Shown here piece after piece: positions 1-9,287 of a stretch of DNA of 64,000 bases (positions are counted from its first letter, which is position 1; each line of letters begins with the position of its first letter). A program made the position numbers and the translations under genes. The stretch is taken from positions 82,805 through 146,804 of the forward strand of contig JAPLZK010000004.1 in NCBI GenBank assembly GCA_026395055.1, read 5' to 3'. The notes under the pieces are model-generated. The model ran no database searches. It was not told where the DNA came from and was given only the letters and a program-made list of their open reading frames with translations. This DNA is from Candidatus Uhrbacteria bacterium. Its GTDB lineage: Bacteria; Patescibacteriota; Patescibacteriia; UBA9934; GWF2-40-263.

Positions 1-1
1 T

Positions 2-1888
2 TTTCTTTTAGTGAGTTTGTTTCTTGGGCTTTCCATTTGGTTGGTGTCTCATGAGGGAACAGATCGTATTATTCCGACGGGAACAAATGGAATTCTGACA
101 CGTGTCCTTATCTTTGTAATCTTGGTAACCACAATCATTTCTCTTGTCGCGGCGGATTATTGGGTCTTTTGGGTTTTGACAATCGTTGGAGTGCTCTTAC
201 TTACATCGTTCGGATTTCTTCAAACAAAAGAATTCCCAAGTCCACGTAAGTTTTTCTTCCCATTAGTCCTCCTTCTCTTTTCCTTGTTTTTTCTTTTTCT
301 CCCATCTCCGTTCTCGTTTAAACTTCCACTGCTTGTTTCTCCAAGTTTTGGAACAAGTTTGCAAATTGTAAAATCAACACTTACATCTAGAATCCCTTCA
401 CTGTTCTTTGGATCAGGTCCCGGAACATTTTCCTATCAATATTTATTATATAAACCAATTGGTGTAAATGCGTCCCCTCTTTGGTCGTTGGGACTTGATC
501 GCGCATCGTCTGTATTTTTGACACGTCTTTCGGATCTTGGATTATTCGGATCCCTGGTCTGGCTCCTTTGCATGGGGTGGATTGGTTTTCTTGCATTGAA
601 ACGTTTAGTGAATGTACGCAATCACCAAACCTGGAAAATGACGTATGTGTTATTTGTGGGATGGAGCTTATTAATCGTCTCTCAATTTCTTTCCTCTTCA
701 AACGTAACACTTGAGTTCTTGTTGTGGGCATTGAGCGGAATGTTAGTCGCACACCTTCTTTCTTCTGAATGGAAAACAGACTTTGCACGTTCTCCAAAAT
801 TGGGTTTACTCGCATCATTTGCATTCGTTTTTATCTTTACGGGAATGTTTGTCTCCGTCTTGTTGATGGGGGAAAAGTTTCTCGCAGAAAAAGCGTTTGT
901 AAAAGCCGTTGCCCTTGATGCAAAGCAAGCAGATATTCAGGTCGTCATCAAAAATCTTCTTACCGCAACACAATTTAATTCGTTGAGTGATACGTATGCA
1001 CGTAACTTGAGTTTTGCCTTATTGACCCAGGCTTCTCAAAAAATTCAAGCGACAAACGGTCAGAAGATGACCGCAGATCAAACAAAACAAATTTCTCAGA
1101 TCGTGACAGCTTCTGTTCAGGAGGGAACAAGAGCTGTGCAGATGGAACCGAATAAAGTGGGAAACTGGGAAGTGCTTGGATCGCTTTACCGTGAAGTGAT
1201 GCCGTATGCGCAAAACGCAGAGGATCTTTCTGCAAATGCCTTTACAAATGCGATTCATTTGGAACCAATCAATCCAGCGCATCCTGTGGATCTTGCGCGT
1301 GTGTATCTTGCTGTTTCAGAACGAGCAAAAGCGCTTAAGGCCTCAAAAGATGCGACGCAGGCTAAAGCAGCCGGAGATCAAGAGCAAAAATTACTTGCAT
1401 CTGCAGAAGACATGTTGAACCAAGCCATTAAATTGAAAGGGGATTATCTTCCGGCGCATTATTACCTTGCCGCAACGTATGAGCGTGAGGGAAAGATTGA
1501 TCAAGCAACAGCACGTTTGGTTGCGCTCACCAAAAACTCTCCAACAGATGTTGGTCTTGGATTTGAACTTGCACAGTTATATATCCGAACCAAAAACTTT
1601 GATGGGGCAAGACAAGAGTTGGAGCGATTGATCGTTGTGAATCCAAAATATGCGAATGCACTTTGGTATCTTGCAAGCGTTTACGAAATTCAAGGAAATC
1701 ATGACAAAGCAATTGAGCTCGTTAAGAAAGTGGTCGATTTAAATCCAGACAGTAAAGTTGCACAAGATCGTTTGCAGAAATTACAGGCCGGACAAACAAC
1801 AACGGCTATTCCAGAGCCGATTGCACAAGATGGTTCCGCAACGACAGATGCGGGAACTCCTGCTCCGCAGGATCCAAAAAAGAAATAA
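2..1888 (+). CDS. polytopic membrane protein with C-terminal TPR repeats; 5' end cut by window edge
   Basis: The reading frame is open back to position 2 with no upstream stop. The first ~280 aa are hydrophobic helices. The C-terminal part has TPR-like repeats (AHYYLAATYEREGKIDQA, ANALWYLASVYEIQGNHDKAIEL). Confidence 0.55.
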   Translation, partial: FLLVSLFLGLSIWLVSHEGTDRIIPTGTNGILTRVLIFVILVTTIISLVAADYWVFWVLTIVGVLLLTSFGFLQTKEFPSPRKFFFPLVLLLFSLFFLFLPSPFSFKLPLLVSPSFGTSLQIVKSTLTSRIPSLFFGSGPGTFSYQYLLYKPIGVNASPLWSLGLDRASSVFLTRLSDLGLFGSLVWLLCMGWIGFLALKRLVNVRNHQTWKMTYVLFVGWSLLIVSQFLSSSNVTLEFLLWALSGMLVAHLLSSEWKTDFARSPKLGLLASFAFVFIFTGMFVSVLLMGEKFLAEKAFVKAVALDAKQADIQVVIKNLLTATQFNSLSDTYARNLSFALLTQASQKIQATNGQKMTADQTKQISQIVTASVQEGTRAVQMEPNKVGNWEVLGSLYREVMPYAQNAEDLSANAFTNAIHLEPINPAHPVDLARVYLAVSERAKALKASKDATQAKAAGDQEQKLLASAEDMLNQAIKLKGDYLPAHYYLAATYEREGKIDQATARLVALTKNSPTDVGLGFELAQLYIRTKNFDGARQELERLIVVNPKYANALWYLASVYEIQGNHDKAIELVKKVVDLNPDSKVAQDRLQKLQAGQTTTAIPEPIAQDGSATTDAGTPAPQDPKKK

Positions 1889-1920
1889 CAAAAACCCCTC
1901 TGAATTTCAGAGGGATTTTT
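1889..1920. terminator. bidirectional rho-independent terminator between convergent genes
   Basis: AAAAACCCCTCTGAAATTCAGAGGGATTTTTT is a perfect hairpin flanked by A-run and T-run. Confidence 0.6.
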
Positions 1921-3131
1921 TATACAGGCATTGCGGTTGATTTTTTGAGGTGCTCAATAAGTTCATGTTCTGTTTGCGCGATGGTTTTATTTGGGAAGGT
2001 GAGTCGGGCTTCTTCGTGTGTTCCTGATGCGTGGAATGGAGCGCAGAGCGCGATGGCATCAAGGGGGCGCTCTGTTCGGACAATCGCTTTTATTTCGTGT
2101 TGTGCGGTCTCGAAAACAAGAACCGTGATACGCGCATTTGGGGAAGAAGAAAGAAGCTCGTCGATGACATCTGGAAGATCTTGTTCTTCTGCGCCTGCAT
2201 GCATGAAGTCTTGTGCAGAAAGCATGGTCCACACAATATGCGCGTGTTCATCTGTTTTAAGACGCGCAAGGGCACGTCCCCAAAGACGAAGAGTGGATAC
2301 AGATCGTGTGCGATACAAATGTTGAATAATGTGTTCGCGTTTTGCTCCACGTGCTATAAGCTTGCTTGCGGTTTGCAATGTTTTTGGGGTGACGTTTTTT
2401 GTCTTGAAACTTTTTGTTTTTGAAATCATGCCTGTTAAGAATGCGGTTGCAATCTCATCGTCCATAAGTCCGGGTTCGATTGCTTCGATGAGGTCATGAC
2501 AAACTTCACCACAGGCGGATGCGGTTAAATCAACGATGTTGATCTGACCGTAGTGTTCGTTTTCTGGTGTGTGATCAATGTTGATGATTGGAGTGCGGAA
2601 AAAGAAGTCTGTATTTTCTTGGTAAAGTTGCGCGCAAGATTCGTAATCAGGGGAGCCGATACAAATAATGAGATCGTGTTTGTATCCAGAGGCGGAAGTT
2701 TTAACGTCGGACGCATCCCAGAACCCTTTCTTTGGAGAAAGATAGACAAACAGCTTTTCGCCTTTCAATTCATACGTGAGTTCATCTACTTTTGTTTTGG
2801 ATGCATCGAGTTCGATAACGAACTGACGCAAGTTTTCCATGTTGTGCAGAATTTTTTCGTGTCCAGAAAGGAAATGAATATTTTTTGGAGCGGCGCCGTC
2901 GGCCGCAACGATGGTTGGGTGTTTTTCGAGTTTTTCGAGAACGCGTGCAAGTCCAATTGCTGACGCGTAATGATCTGCGCTCGCCCCTGACGGAACGCAA
3001 ATAAGCGGACGTGTACTCCGTTTAAAGGCTTCTAAAATTTGTTGGGATTGCGCGAGGGCCATGTTGTTTGTACAAGGGGAAAAAGAGAGAAAGGGTTCTT
3101 GGAAACCTTTCCCGACAAGCATGGGAATCAC
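1920..3131 (-). CDS. DHH-family phosphoesterase (NrnA-like), motifs partly degenerate
   Basis: Layout is DHH/DHHA1-like: SGASADH near the N-terminus, IINIDHTPENEHYG (DHH-like), and C-terminal FHASGTHEEA where GGGH is expected. The listed start is GTG at 3131; an ATG (MALAQ...) at 3062 is an alternative. Confidence 0.45.
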   Translation of the reverse strand: MIPMLVGKGFQEPFLSFSPCTNNMALAQSQQILEAFKRSTRPLICVPSGASADHYASAIGLARVLEKLEKHPTIVAADGAAPKNIHFLSGHEKILHNMENLRQFVIELDASKTKVDELTYELKGEKLFVYLSPKKGFWDASDVKTSASGYKHDLIICIGSPDYESCAQLYQENTDFFFRTPIINIDHTPENEHYGQINIVDLTASACGEVCHDLIEAIEPGLMDDEIATAFLTGMISKTKSFKTKNVTPKTLQTASKLIARGAKREHIIQHLYRTRSVSTLRLWGRALARLKTDEHAHIVWTMLSAQDFMHAGAEEQDLPDVIDELLSSSPNARITVLVFETAQHEIKAIVRTERPLDAIALCAPFHASGTHEEARLTFPNKTIAQTEHELIEHLKKSTAMPV

Positions 3132-3217
3132 GAACTTTAACCTGATAAATGAAATGCGTCAAGGGATATCAACAATCACATGAATAAATAAAAAAGCCCC
3201 ATTTTGTGGGGCGAGGA

Positions 3218-6200
3218 TTAGAAGCTGAGACTGTGAATGATGTAGATCATTCCGTCAGATGTTTTAGCGAAGCTGTGGTATGGAGCTGTGATAACGATAT
3301 CTTTATAACCATCATGGTTCGCATCTCCTCGCAATGTACAGCCACGTCCGAGTTGGTCGAGTTTTAATTCGCCACTCCATTTTGCGACCGTCGGATCCGT
3401 AAGGCTGCTCGTCAGTGCATTAGAGGATCCTGTAAGGAGATAGGAAGCACCGTGATTGCTTCCAATGTCGATGTTTCCAAGAGATGTAATCAGAATGTCA
3501 TCTTTTCCATCTCCATTTGTGTCACCAATAGCGCTACATAGTCCGACTTCGTCGTAATCTGTTTCCCCAATCCACTTTGTGTTTGCGCCGGAAAGAACCT
3601 TACTTACTGGGATGGGGGAGCCAAAGATGAGGTAAGCGGCTCCAGCATGGAGTCCAGCTTTATTTGTGTTACCAGGAGCGCCAATGAGGATGTCTGATTT
3701 TCCATCTCCATTTACGTCTCCTGTACTGATGCTGAAACCCGCTTGGTCGCTTTCGAATTCTCCTGTCCAAATGGCTGTTGATCCTGAGAGGCTTCCGCCA
3801 ACAGGGTTTGCAGAGCCGAGAATGAGACATACGGCTCCCGTTCCATTTGCGGCGTTGTCCGTTGTTTGAATCCAGATAAGCGGATCCTTTTTTCCGTCAC
3901 CATTGAAATCAGCGGTACAGTCTACGACCATTCCAGCCTGATCTTTTTTGGCGATGCCCGTCCATGTTGCTGACGCATCAGACAGGTTTCCGCTCACGGG
4001 ATTCTTTGTGCCGAGCACAAGAGAGACAGAACCGGCATTGTTGCCCGGTGCTCCAATAAGGACATCATCGAAGCCATCTCCGTTTACATCACCCGCGCTG
4101 ATATCGAAACCCGCCTGGTCTCCGAATGACGTTCCGATCCATTTCGCATCCGCGTTGGAAAGGCTTCCACCGACAGGATTTGCGGATCCCAAAATGAGAT
4201 AGACGCAGCCAGTGTTGTTGCAAAAGGGTGCGCTGGTAAGGATGTCGTCCTTTCCGTCCCCATTCACATCACCTGTGCTTACGCGAAAGCCTGCGTTGTC
4301 GTTTGCGGCTTCGCCCGTCCATTTTACGTTTGCGTCATCGAGTGAAAGATCACCAGATGGCACGGGTCCCCAAAAAAGATAGATCGCGCCTGCGTCTGCG
4401 CCTGTAGCTGAGTCGTGTTTGACGCCGATCACGAGATCATCTTTTCCATCCCCATTCACGTCGCCAAACGCGATCGTGTCCAGGTACAGTTTGCTCGCGT
4501 TTCCGTGAATTTTTGTTTGAGCTGCGGCAATGGATTGCGCGCCGCTCAGTTTGCACTGATTCACACCCCCGTCACAGTTGTCGTCCACACCATTATTGCA
4601 GATCTCGAGAGCTCCCGGATGAATGGAGGCGTTTGTGTCAGAACAATCGGTTGCGTTTTCAACATATCCCGGGGGTTGTGAACAATCTTGTTTGGATTGT
4701 TTTGCATCTCCAAAACCGTCTTTGTCGGCATCCAAGTACCACGTGACGATTTTTGTGTCTGTGTCTGTGATCCCATTGCAGTCATTGTCGATTCCGTCTT
4801 TGCAGATCTCGATCGCATTCGGATGAATGAGTGGATTTGCATCATCGCAATCAGCTTTGTTTGCTGTATATCCAGTTGGTGTTGCACAGGCGTAGATCGA
4901 GATGGCTGCATTCCCGTATCCGTCTTTGTCGGCATCGAGATACCAAAGTGATGCTTCGATCGCGTTATCTGTGATTCCGTCACAGTTTTCATCGATCTTG
5001 TTGTCGCACAGTTCAATGGCGTTTGGATGAATGGTTTTCTTTCCGTCGTTACAGTCCGCGCTGTTTGTCACGTATCCGATTGGGGCCGTGCATCCCGTGA
5101 CGTCTTTCGACAGATCTCCGTATCCATCTGTATCGCCGTCGAAGTAGTACGTGATGAGTTCACCTTCGTCCGTTTGTCCGTTGCAGTTGTCGTCAACGTT
5201 GTTACATTTCTCGAGCGCATTCGGATGAACGAGTTTATCGAGATCATTGCAGTCGTCACTGTTTTCTACGGTGCCACTTGGTGCGCTGCACGCTTTTTGT
5301 GTGACAAGTGGGTTACCGTAACCATCTTGATCTACATCCGTAAAGAAAACCGTTTGCACACCTTCGTCGGTTTGCCCATCGCAATTATCGTCGAGTTGAT
5401 TGCAAACTTCTTTGGCGTTCGGAGCAATGGAGTTTGAATCGTCATTGCAGTCAAGCTTGTTGCCAGCAAAACCAGGAGGTTTTGTGCAGGCAACTTTTGT
5501 GCTCAGGGCAAAGCCGAATCCATCTTGATCAGAATCTGCATACCATGTTTTTGCATCTACGGCGGTCGATTCGTCTGTTTTTCCGTTACAATCGTCGTCG
5601 ATTCCATTGCAGAATTCCGGCGCGTTTGGATAAACGGATGCATTCGTGTCATCGCAATCCAATGCATTTGTTACGTCATGTGGAAGTGGTGTACAGGTTA
5701 TTTTTTTTGTCCCCGCACCTCCAAATCCATCATGGTCTTCGTCTGCGTAGAACGTTGTCTTGATTCCTTCATCCGTCTGCCCATTGCAGTCGTTGTCGAG
5801 ATCATCACAAATTTCTGTGCTCTTGTTTCCGTCTGTCGAACAAACGGTGTTCAAGTGATCTGTCGAACACTGCATGGTTCCGCCGGAGCACGCTCCCGTT
5901 CCACAGCTCTCGCCGAGGTTTTGGAATGTTTCGTCGGTTTTCCCGTTGCAATCGTTGTCGAGCCCGTCACAAATTTCTGTGCTCTTGTTTCCGTCTGTCG
6001 AACAAACGGTGTTCAAGTGATCTGTCGAACACTGCATGGTTCCGCCGGAGCACGCTCCCGTTCCACAGCTTTCGCCGAGGTTTTGGAATGTTTCGTCGGT
6101 CTTCCCATTGCAGTCGTTGTCGAGCCCGTCACAAATTTCTGTTGCGCCTGAATGCACGCTCGTGCGCGTATCGTCGCAATCGTTGTTTGTGATGGTGGTT

Positions 6201-6442
6201 CCGGTTGGTTGATCGCAGGCGATGATTTTTTCGCCCGCACCAAGTCCGTCGTGGTCAAAGTCGTGATACCAGATGCGGATTCCAACCTTTGGATCGTGAT
6301 CATCACAATCGTTTGGGCGGGGGATTCCGTCGTGGTCAACATCCATTCGTTTGCTCCAAAGAGCGTCGGAAACGAACGGAGAGATTTTTTCGCACCCAAT
6401 CGACAAGATTGAGAGAAGGAGAATAAACAGTCGTGTATGCAC
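3218..6442 (-). CDS. large secreted lipoprotein with ~10 MopE-like cysteine-rich 'putative metal-binding' repeats followed by FG-GAP (integrin-alpha-like) repeats
   Basis: N-terminus MHTRLFILLLSILSIGCEK is a signal peptide with a lipobox. Repeats of the form CDDxDxxxxPxAxExCNGxDDDCNGxTDE recur. The C-terminal part has 7 or more FG-GAP units (GDVNGDGKDDxLIGAP). Confidence 0.6.
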   Translation of the reverse strand: MHTRLFILLLSILSIGCEKISPFVSDALWSKRMDVDHDGIPRPNDCDDHDPKVGIRIWYHDFDHDGLGAGEKIIACDQPTGTTITNNDCDDTRTSVHSGATEICDGLDNDCNGKTDETFQNLGESCGTGACSGGTMQCSTDHLNTVCSTDGNKSTEICDGLDNDCNGKTDETFQNLGESCGTGACSGGTMQCSTDHLNTVCSTDGNKSTEICDDLDNDCNGQTDEGIKTTFYADEDHDGFGGAGTKKITCTPLPHDVTNALDCDDTNASVYPNAPEFCNGIDDDCNGKTDESTAVDAKTWYADSDQDGFGFALSTKVACTKPPGFAGNKLDCNDDSNSIAPNAKEVCNQLDDNCDGQTDEGVQTVFFTDVDQDGYGNPLVTQKACSAPSGTVENSDDCNDLDKLVHPNALEKCNNVDDNCNGQTDEGELITYYFDGDTDGYGDLSKDVTGCTAPIGYVTNSADCNDGKKTIHPNAIELCDNKIDENCDGITDNAIEASLWYLDADKDGYGNAAISIYACATPTGYTANKADCDDANPLIHPNAIEICKDGIDNDCNGITDTDTKIVTWYLDADKDGFGDAKQSKQDCSQPPGYVENATDCSDTNASIHPGALEICNNGVDDNCDGGVNQCKLSGAQSIAAAQTKIHGNASKLYLDTIAFGDVNGDGKDDLVIGVKHDSATGADAGAIYLFWGPVPSGDLSLDDANVKWTGEAANDNAGFRVSTGDVNGDGKDDILTSAPFCNNTGCVYLILGSANPVGGSLSNADAKWIGTSFGDQAGFDISAGDVNGDGFDDVLIGAPGNNAGSVSLVLGTKNPVSGNLSDASATWTGIAKKDQAGMVVDCTADFNGDGKKDPLIWIQTTDNAANGTGAVCLILGSANPVGGSLSGSTAIWTGEFESDQAGFSISTGDVNGDGKSDILIGAPGNTNKAGLHAGAAYLIFGSPIPVSKVLSGANTKWIGETDYDEVGLCSAIGDTNGDGKDDILITSLGNIDIGSNHGASYLLTGSSNALTSSLTDPTVAKWSGELKLDQLGRGCTLRGDANHDGYKDIVITAPYHSFAKTSDGMIYIIHSLSF
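5811..6134 (-). repeat. near-identical tandem duplication, 2 x 162 bp (54 aa) inside the MopE/FG-GAP gene
   Basis: Copy 5811-5972 and copy 5973-6134 differ at about 4 of 162 positions. Both encode TEICDGLDNDCNGKTDETFQNLGESCGTGACSGGTMQCSTDHLNTVCSTDGNKS. Confidence 0.9.
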
Positions 6443-6553
6443 GCGACCTCCATTTGGTTGCTAAAGAACGTGCGTGCATATTCTCATAAAAATCGACGTT
6501 GTCAAGCGAGATGTGTTGCAATTCAAGCCATTTTTTCGTACACTTCGTTTACT

Positions 6554-9226
6554 ATGTCGAATACAGAAATGCCAAAAGCGTACGAATCAAAGCTGTACGA
6601 AGATGAAATTTACGCCGCCTGGGAGAAAAGCGGATTTTTTAATCCCGACAATCTGGTTGGGGAGCCTTATTCCATCATGATGCCACCCCCAAACGTGACG
6701 GGTGTTTTGCATTTGGGTCACGCGCTTGAAAACGCTTTGATGGATGCGATGGCGCGCTACCAACGTTTGAACGGAAAAAAAGTTTTGCTCGTGCCGGGAA
6801 CGGATCACGCTGCACTTCCAACGCAGGCAAAAGTTGAAAAGATGTTGATGGAAGGTGGAATGAAAAATCCTCGCCAAGAATTAGGACGTGAAAAACTGGT
6901 TGAAAAGATTCGTGAATTTGCGGAAAGCTCACGTGCAACCATTTTGGGACAAGTCAAAAAAATGGGAACGAGCTGTGATTGGTCGCGTCTCGCATATACA
7001 TTCGATGCACCTCGCAACATTGCCGTGAACGAATTGTTTCGCCAAATGTATAACGATGGACTCATCTATCGCGGGTATCGCGTCGTAAACTGGTCGACGA
7101 AGGGTCAGTCAACCTGTTCTGACGATGAAATTGAATACATCGAACGTGCGAGTGTTTTATATACCTTCAAATACAGTAAAGATTTTCCGATTACGATTGC
7201 AACAACACGACCAGAAACAAAATTAGGTGACACGGCTGTCGCGGTTCATCCGGGTGACGAGCGTTATCAGAAATACATCGGACAAATATTTACGGTGGAT
7301 GTTGGGGCAGAGAAACCGCTCGAGATTAAAGTTATTGCGGATGAAGGTGTTGATCCAACATTTGGAACGGGAGCCCTTGGTGTCACTCCCGCACATAGTC
7401 CTGTTGATTTTTTGATGTACGAAAAACAAAAAGCAAGTGGAAATCCAATCGGACTGATTCAAGTCATTGGGGTTGATGGTCACATGACAAAGGAAGCAGG
7501 GTCCTATGCAGGGCTCACGGTTGAGGATGCACGTGCGAAGTTTGTTGGCTGGCTTTCGGAGCAAGGGCTTCTCGAGAAGGAACCAGAAGAGATTGTCCAA
7601 AATGTTGGAACATCGGATCGTTTCAAAGATGTGATCGAATCTCTGCCCATGACGCAGTGGTGGCTTGATGTGCAGAAAATCATTCCTTCAAAAGGAAAGA
7701 GTTTGAAAGATCTCATGGCAGAAGCTCTGACGACCGGACTCAATGGAAACACAGAACAAAAAGTAACTATTACTCCAGAACGATTTACAAAATTATATTT
7801 GCATCGCGTTGAAAATTTGCGTGACTGGTGTTTGTCCCGCCAAACATGGTGGGGGCACAGAATTCCGGTTTGGTATCGCGGTAAAGAAACATTTGTCGGC
7901 AACGGAACTCCGGAAGGAGAGGGGTGGGAGCAAGATCCTGATACACTCGACACCTGGTTTTCCTCCGGTTCTTGGACATTCTCAACATTGGGCTGGCCAG
8001 AACAGACTGTCGATCTGAAATCATTTCATCCAACAAACTGGATGCAAATGGGATATGAGATTTTGTATTTGTGGCTCATGCGCATGGTGCTCATGAGTAC
8101 GTATGCGCTTGGCGAGATTCCATTTAAAGATGCGTACATTCATGGAATGCTTCGTAATGAAGCGGGAAAGAAATTCTCAAAGTCGGATGCGAATGGAATT
8201 GATCCGCTCGACATCATTGAAAAATATGGATGTGACGCGCTTCGTTTGTGTGTTCTCTCGGGGAACACACCAGGAAACGATTCTCGTTTCTCGGCGGAGA
8301 AAATCGAAAGCTCTCGCAACTTTGTAAACAAGATGTGGAACGTCTCTCGTTTTATTTTGATGTCTATCGGATCCGATGTTCTCCCTCCTTCACAAGGAGG
8401 GGGTGAGGGGGTGGTCGCGCCCGCAACGGTTGCGGATCACTGGATCCTCGGCCGCCTCGAAACGGTCACGAATCAAACAGGAAAGCTTATTGAACAATTT
8501 GATTTCTCTCTTGCGATCGAAACGCTTCGAGAGTTTATTTGGAATGATTTCGCGGACTGGTATCTCGAGATTGCAAAGATTCAACAGAAGGACGAGACGC
8601 TTCGAACTTCGACAAACGAAATTCTTTTGTATGTTTTGAAGCAAAGTCTTGTTTTGTGTCATCCATTCATGCCGTTTGTGACAGAAGCCATCTGGAAAGA
8701 ATTTGGAACAGGTTCGTTCGTCATGGTCTCGACGTGGCCAAAGGTCACAGGACTCTTTGATGAATCATCCGAGAAACAACTTGTCGCATTGCAAGAATTA
8801 ATTATCGCGATTCGCAACGTTCGTTCACAAAACAAAATCGAACCAAAGAAATTGATGGATGTGGTGTTTGTTGTGAATAACGCATCTCGAGAATTTATTG
8901 AATCAAACCGTGAGGTGATCAGTGCTCTTGCACGAGTGAATTCAGACTTTGCTCTCGTCGAGAAATACGAAGCGGCGACAACGGATGTGTCTGTTGTGAG
9001 GAAAGATGTTTCGGTATTTGTCAAAATGGAAACGGTCGTGGATCCGGTGAAAGAAAAAGCTCGTATTGAGAAAGAGGTGATTGAACTGACAACCTATCTT
9101 GTGTCCGTCGCGCAAAAACTTTCGAACGAAGAATTTCGTTCCAAGGCTCCGGAAAAGATTATTATGTCTATGGAAGAGAAACAACGGGAAGCACAAGCTA
9201 AATTGGATGCGCTTCGAAAATCATAA
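6554..9226 (+). CDS. valS: valine--tRNA ligase
   Basis: HIGH motif (PPPNVTGVLHLGHAL), KMSKS-like KFSKSDANGIDP, and the C-terminal coiled coil typical of ValRS. Start is taken at ATG 6554 (MSNTEMPKAYESKLYEDEIYAAWEKSGFF). Confidence 0.9.
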   Translation: MSNTEMPKAYESKLYEDEIYAAWEKSGFFNPDNLVGEPYSIMMPPPNVTGVLHLGHALENALMDAMARYQRLNGKKVLLVPGTDHAALPTQAKVEKMLMEGGMKNPRQELGREKLVEKIREFAESSRATILGQVKKMGTSCDWSRLAYTFDAPRNIAVNELFRQMYNDGLIYRGYRVVNWSTKGQSTCSDDEIEYIERASVLYTFKYSKDFPITIATTRPETKLGDTAVAVHPGDERYQKYIGQIFTVDVGAEKPLEIKVIADEGVDPTFGTGALGVTPAHSPVDFLMYEKQKASGNPIGLIQVIGVDGHMTKEAGSYAGLTVEDARAKFVGWLSEQGLLEKEPEEIVQNVGTSDRFKDVIESLPMTQWWLDVQKIIPSKGKSLKDLMAEALTTGLNGNTEQKVTITPERFTKLYLHRVENLRDWCLSRQTWWGHRIPVWYRGKETFVGNGTPEGEGWEQDPDTLDTWFSSGSWTFSTLGWPEQTVDLKSFHPTNWMQMGYEILYLWLMRMVLMSTYALGEIPFKDAYIHGMLRNEAGKKFSKSDANGIDPLDIIEKYGCDALRLCVLSGNTPGNDSRFSAEKIESSRNFVNKMWNVSRFILMSIGSDVLPPSQGGGEGVVAPATVADHWILGRLETVTNQTGKLIEQFDFSLAIETLREFIWNDFADWYLEIAKIQQKDETLRTSTNEILLYVLKQSLVLCHPFMPFVTEAIWKEFGTGSFVMVSTWPKVTGLFDESSEKQLVALQELIIAIRNVRSQNKIEPKKLMDVVFVVNNASREFIESNREVISALARVNSDFALVEKYEAATTDVSVVRKDVSVFVKMETVVDPVKEKARIEKEVIELTTYLVSVAQKLSNEEFRSKAPEKIIMSMEEKQREAQAKLDALRKS

Positions 9227-9287
9227 CCCTCTATAAACGCGAGATCCTTCGACTCGTCGATGACTCCTCGCTCAGGATGACACAATT

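Noticed and set aside
6443-6553. Possible T-box leaders upstream of valS, argS and serS
   Set aside because: The leaders are only about 60-150 nt. No AGGGTGGNACCGCG T-box sequence or specifier-loop architecture was found.
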